Assembly (NCBI GenBank): GCA_963721695.1
Contig: CAVRKU010000030.1
Coordinates: 192,762-256,761, forward strand
Direction: 5' to 3'
DNA: 64,000 nt
Origin: an uncultured Microthrixaceae bacterium
Lineage (GTDB): Bacteria; Actinomycetota; Acidimicrobiia; Acidimicrobiales; VFJN01
Position numbers and translations under genes: made by a program. The notes beneath the pieces are model-generated. The model was not told the DNA's origin. It saw nothing but the letters and a program-made list of their open reading frames with translations, and did not search any database. Positions 59,982 to 64,000 of this stretch are shown here, piece by piece. The first letter of the stretch is position 1, and each line of letters opens with the position of its first letter.

Positions 59982-60420
59982 TCAGCCGAGGGAGGAGGCG
60001 CGCCGGTCCAGCTCCCGAAGGCGGGCGGTCTGGATCAGCAGCAGCCGCTTCGACATGGCTGGCACGTCGTCGAGCAGCTTCTGGAACGCCGTGCGGTAGA
60101 GCTCGATCGCCTCGACCTCGGTCTCGGCGATCACCGAGGCCGAGGTCGTGTGGCCGTCGATGATCGACATCTCACCGATCGCATCACCAGCTCGAACGGT
60201 GGCGATCGTGCGCCCGTTCCTGACGACCCGCGCCGTCGCCCGACAGCATCGTGACCATCCGCTGGCCGTAGTCGTTCTCCCGGACGATCACGTCGCCTGG
60301 CTCGAAGTGCTGCTCGAAGCACGCCTTCGCCACGGCGTTGAGCTGCCGGCGCGTGAGGCCGCGGAACAGCGCGCTCTGCTCGAGCACCGAGATGAGCTCC
60401 GATCGAGTCCGGTTGGCCAT
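59982..60420 (-). pseudogene. stand-alone cyclic-nucleotide-binding domain protein, one frame break near 60232
   Basis: The sequence reads LFRGLTRRQLNAVAKACFEQHFEPGDVIVRENDYG. After an extra G it continues as VVRNGRTIATVRAGDAIGEMSIIDGHTTSASVIA. No HTH domain follows. Confidence 0.75.
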
Positions 60421-60510
60421 CGCCCCTCCTCGTCAACGCGCTGAAGACGGCGCCGACCCTACCTTGACCCCTCTCGGTGCCGGCCGTTCGTGGGGCATGG
60501 ATCGTGCTGG

Positions 60511-61026
60511 CTAGAGCAGATCGTGAGCCAGCGCGTCGACGGCCACCGTGATGGCGACGACCAGGATCGCTTCGCGCGCGTCGAACACCTCGACGCCGTA
60601 GGTGTCGCGCACCCGGAACCACTTCTTCGAGACCTCTGCGACCTTGTCGCCGTCCCGCTCGATCTTGTACTCGTGGTCGACGATGTTTCCCTTGACCTTC
60701 ATGTCGGGCCCATCCTCGACCTCGACGTGGAAGCGGTCCCGCAGCCCGACCAGCGCCTTCTTCACGGTCGCGGAACGACCGCCATCGAGCTCGATCTTGA
60801 TCTTGTCGCGGACGGTGAGCTTCTTCTCCTGGATCTTGGCGACCGTGTTGCCGTCTCGGTCCTCCAGCTCCCAGGTGTCGCGGATGCGGGCGGCCTTGCC
60901 GTTGACCTTGAAGACCTTGTCGCCCGACTCGTCCTCGATCCAGTAGTCGTCGCCGATCGAGATCATCTTCTCGCGCATCTGGAACCGGACCTGCGGTTCG
61001 TCGTCGCGTCCTCGTAGGAGACCCAT
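60511..61026 (-). CDS. LURP-one-related / tubby-C-terminal-like (DUF567-type) small protein
   Basis: The 171-aa protein reads FQMREKMISIGDDYWIEDESGDKVFKVNGK...IERDGDKVAEVSKKWFRVRDTYGVEV. Its GC content is visibly lower than that of its neighbours. Confidence 0.65.
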   Translation of the reverse strand: MGLLRGRDDEPQVRFQMREKMISIGDDYWIEDESGDKVFKVNGKAARIRDTWELEDRDGNTVAKIQEKKLTVRDKIKIELDGGRSATVKKALVGLRDRFHVEVEDGPDMKVKGNIVDHEYKIERDGDKVAEVSKKWFRVRDTYGVEVFDAREAILVVAITVAVDALAHDLL

Positions 61027-61122
61027 GGGCTCCTCACTTCCTGTGGGATCGGGGAGGGGACGGGCAGTCTCCACCGTCACGGGCCATGGAGGCCAGGCCA
61101 CCAGCCAATAGCCTGCCGCCGC

Positions 61123-62331
61123 ATGGACCGTGCGGACGTGCTGGTGGTCGGCGGTGGGATCGTGGGCTTGGCCACCGCTCGAGCCGTCCTGCGCTCGCAC
61201 CCCGGCCTGGCGCTCACGCTCGTCGAGAAGGAAGCGTCCGTGGGGTTCCATCAGAGCGGCCGCAACTCCGGGGTGATCCACGCGGGCGTCTACTACGCGC
61301 CGGGTTCGGCGAAGGCGAGGCTCTGTCACGCCGGGCGGGCGTCGATGATCGAGTACTGCCGGGACAACGAGATCGACCACGTGGTGTGCGGCAAGCTGGT
61401 CGTCGCCACTGACGCCCTCGAGCGGGAGCGGCTGGTGGAGCTGGAGCGTCGCTGTGCCGCCAACGGCGTGCGAGCCGAGCTGCTGGCACCCGCGGCGCTG
61501 CGGGAGCGCGAGCCCCACGTGGCCGGCGTTGCCGCGCTGCACGTCCTCGACACCGGGATCGTCGACTACGCCGCGGTGTGCCGCTCGCTGGCGGCGGAGA
61601 TCGAGGCACTGGGGGCCACGATCAGACTCGGGTGCGGGGTCGTGTCGGCGGTGGACGGAGCGACCGGCCTGGTGGTCGAGACGACGAGCGACCCGATCGA
61701 AGCCCAGCGGGTCGTGACGTGCGCGGGCCTGCAGGCCGACCAGGTCGCGGAGGCCGTGAGCGGTCCCGGCGGTGCCGGCGGGATGCGGGTGGTGGCCTTC
61801 CGAGGCGAGTACCGCGAGCTCGTGCCCGACCGCGCCCACCTCGTGCAGGGGCTCGTCTATCCCGTGCCTGACCCGCAGTACCCGTTCCTCGGCGTCCACC
61901 TGACCCGTGGGATCGACGGCCACGTCCACGTCGGCCCCAACGCCGTGCTCGCCTTCGCCCGCGAGGGCTACTCGTGGCGCCAGCTGGACTGGAGACACCT
62001 CCGAGACACCGCCACCGCTCCTGGGTTTCGGCACTTCGCGGCGCAGAACTGGCGCTTCGGGCTGAACGAGATGGCGAGGTCGCTGAGCACACGCCGGTTC
62101 ACGGCTGCCGCGCGGCGATTGCTGCCGGAGCTGGAGCGAGCCGACCTGGCGCCGTCCATGGCCGGAGTGCGGGCCCAGGCGATGACACCGGAGGGCGAGC
62201 TGGTCGACGACTTCGTCATCCACTCCGTCGGGCGGGCGGTGCACGTGCTCAACGCTCCCTCGCCGGCCGCGACCGCGTCCCTGGAGATCGGGGAGACCAT
62301 CGCCGACCGCTTGGGGCTGGACGCCCGCTGA
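61123..62331 (+). CDS. lhgO: L-2-hydroxyglutarate oxidase-like FAD-dependent oxidoreductase
   Basis: Motifs are DVLVVGGGIVGLATA, HQSGRNSGVIHAGVYY, FRGEY and VLNAPSPAATASL. Confidence 0.8.
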   Translation: MDRADVLVVGGGIVGLATARAVLRSHPGLALTLVEKEASVGFHQSGRNSGVIHAGVYYAPGSAKARLCHAGRASMIEYCRDNEIDHVVCGKLVVATDALERERLVELERRCAANGVRAELLAPAALREREPHVAGVAALHVLDTGIVDYAAVCRSLAAEIEALGATIRLGCGVVSAVDGATGLVVETTSDPIEAQRVVTCAGLQADQVAEAVSGPGGAGGMRVVAFRGEYRELVPDRAHLVQGLVYPVPDPQYPFLGVHLTRGIDGHVHVGPNAVLAFAREGYSWRQLDWRHLRDTATAPGFRHFAAQNWRFGLNEMARSLSTRRFTAAARRLLPELERADLAPSMAGVRAQAMTPEGELVDDFVIHSVGRAVHVLNAPSPAATASLEIGETIADRLGLDAR

Positions 62332-62335
62332 TCCG

Positions 62336-63262
62336 CTAGATCGGCAGGCTCTCGTTCGCCTGGCTGAGGACCTCGATCGAGCGCTCCCACCCGGCCCGCT
62401 CCGACTCCATCATCGGCGGCCAGAGGGGCGCACTCGGCCCCTCGTGGCCCAGGACGCACGGAAGGCTCGCGCACACACCCTCGCCGACCCGGACCGACAC
62501 GGGGATGAGCGCGCCGACCTCATGGGTCAGGGCTTGGACCAAGCCGCTCACGGTGAGGCCGATGCCTTGGACGGCCGAGCCCTTCAGGTCGCGGATCTGG
62601 TACGCCGCGCTGCGGACCTCCCGCTCGATCTCGGCCAGGCGGTCGTCGCTCAGGTCGACGCCGCGCTGGCTCGCGAAGGCTCGGACCGGCAGGGTCCCGA
62701 CGACCGCCGACTCGAGCAGGAACGCACACGAGTCGCCGTGCTCGCCGATCACCCACGCGTGCACGCTCCGGACGTGCACGCCGCACGCTCGGGCGATCGA
62801 GTCCGTCAACCGAAGGGTCTCGAGGGCGGTGCCCGAGCCCATCACGGCGACGGGCCGGCCGGCCCATCGGCGCGTGAGGTACTCGGTGAGGACGTCGACG
62901 GGGTTGGTCACGACGAGCGCGATCCCGGGAAGCTCGGCGGCCTCGACGGCACTCGCGATCGAGTCCATCACCTTGATGTTCTCGCGCAGCACATCGAGGC
63001 GCGTCTGACCCGGCATCGTGTGGTGGCCGGCCGTGATCACCAGGATGTCCTCGCGGTCGATGTCGTCGAGGCTGCGGCCGCGGACCTCGACGCGGGCGAG
63101 CAGCGGCCGACCGTTCATGAAGTCGAGCGCCAGGCCGTGGGCGGCGCCGCCGTTCCGGCCGTAGATGGTCACCCGGCCCGCGATGCCCCGCATGATGAGC
63201 GCGGACGCGGTGGCCACGCCCACGCCTCCCGTCCCGATGATCCCGACCGCCGCTCCTGCCAT
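62336..63262 (-). CDS. ldh: L-lactate/malate dehydrogenase family protein
   Basis: Motifs are VGIIGTGGVGVATA, ITAGHHTMPGQTRLDVL, VTNPVDV and VIGEHGDS. The ATG is at 63262. Confidence 0.85.
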   Translation of the reverse strand: MAGAAVGIIGTGGVGVATASALIMRGIAGRVTIYGRNGGAAHGLALDFMNGRPLLARVEVRGRSLDDIDREDILVITAGHHTMPGQTRLDVLRENIKVMDSIASAVEAAELPGIALVVTNPVDVLTEYLTRRWAGRPVAVMGSGTALETLRLTDSIARACGVHVRSVHAWVIGEHGDSCAFLLESAVVGTLPVRAFASQRGVDLSDDRLAEIEREVRSAAYQIRDLKGSAVQGIGLTVSGLVQALTHEVGALIPVSVRVGEGVCASLPCVLGHEGPSAPLWPPMMESERAGWERSIEVLSQANESLPI

Positions 63263-63278
63263 GTCGACGCGGCGAGGC

Positions 63279-64000
63279 TCAGGTGATCGCCGGCGACTCG
63301 AGGCCGGCGAGGGCGGCTTCCTTGGCCCAGCGGTAGTCGGGCTTGCCCGAGGGGGACCGGACGGTGGCATCCACGAACACCACGGCACGCGGGACCTTGT
63401 ACCCCGCGAGATGCCCGCGGCAGTGCTCCTGCAGGTCGGCGAGGTCTGGTGGGGCGTCGGCCATCCCGGGCCGCAGCTCGACCACGGCGGTCACCTGCGC
63501 GCCGAATCGCTCGTGCGGGGTGCCGACGACGGTGGCGTCGAACACCGCCGGATGGCTCTTGAGCGCCATCTCGACCTCCTCGGGGAAGATCTTCTCCCCG
63601 CCCGAGTTGATCGACACGGACCCGCGGCCGTACACGACGATCGATCCGTCTGCGTGCACCGCGGCGATGTCGCCCGGCACGGCGTAGCGAACGCCGTTCA
63701 CCACCGGGAACGTGGCTGCCGTCTTGGCGTCGTCCTTGTAGTACCCGAGGGGGATGTGACCGCTGGTCGCGAGCATGCCGGTCCGTCCGTCGCCGGGCTG
63801 GCACAGGGTCCCGTCGTCGGCGATGACCACGTTGGTCTCGTCCATCGCGAAGCGGGGTGCGCCGTCCTCGGAGGTGCCGACCAGCCGACCTTGGCCTCCC
63901 GTCTCGGACGCGCCGAACCCGTCATGGACGATCGTGTTCGGGAGCACCCGGGCGAGGCCTTCCTTCACCGACGGCGACAGGATCGCGCCTCCCGACCCGT
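63279..64000 (-). CDS. AMP-dependent acyl-CoA synthetase, C-terminal part only (5-prime end beyond the window)
   Basis: The frame is open to base 64000. Motifs are DGFGASETGG, YKDD, VPGDIA, SGGEKIFPEEVE and SPSGKPDYR. Confidence 0.85.
   Translation of the reverse strand, partial: GSGGAILSPSVKEGLARVLPNTIVHDGFGASETGGQGRLVGTSEDGAPRFAMDETNVVIADDGTLCQPGDGRTGMLATSGHIPLGYYKDDAKTAATFPVVNGVRYAVPGDIAAVHADGSIVVYGRGSVSINSGGEKIFPEEVEMALKSHPAVFDATVVGTPHERFGAQVTAVVELRPGMADAPPDLADLQEHCRGHLAGYKVPRAVVFVDATVRSPSGKPDYRWAKEAALAGLESPAIT

Overview
This is a very GC-rich, Actinomycetota-like chromosomal segment with dense coding on both strands. I saw no rRNA, CRISPR array, transposase or integrase. The order of content is as follows. 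(1) A tpiA ... secG core block is split by a 5-gene Opp/Dpp-type ABC peptide transporter, followed by a second binding protein and tRNA-Leu(GAG). (2) A compact cluster of heme and non-heme-iron oxygenases runs from 9.4 to 16.8 kb: an animal-type heme peroxidase, a lipoxygenase-like protein, a DyP peroxidase with a tightly coupled unknown partner, and a small catalase-related hemoprotein. It resembles an oxylipin pathway and is my best candidate for a new system. (3) There are two paralogous adenylate-cyclase/P-loop/TPR signalling proteins. One sits in an operon with a class-V aminotransferase and an unknown protein. (4) A large P-loop plus wHTH-BTAD regulator follows. (5) A translationally coupled DegT aminotransferase / Gfo-Idh-MocA oxidoreductase / ceramidase-like hydrolase operon follows. 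(6) A reductive pyrimidine-catabolism set (beta-ureidopropionase, dihydropyrimidinase, LLM oxidoreductase) follows. (7) Next is an LPXTG surface protein with seven 66-bp Cys-containing tandem repeats. (8) Next is the Lhr helicase. (9) A SARP-regulated group contains a carotenoid/stilbene oxygenase, a CoA ligase, a hydratase, a thioesterase, a PAP2 protein and a His-rich membrane protein. (10) The window ends with lhgO, ldh and a partial acyl-CoA synthetase. The sequence carries about 50 reading-frame breaks in otherwise well-conserved genes. By my manual tally about 87% are net +1 (insertion type), and they are concentrated in two large regulators. Genes broken this way are listed as pseudogenes, but assembly or sequencing indel error is at least as likely as real decay. 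All functional calls rest on motif recognition by eye in the supplied translations. No database search was run.
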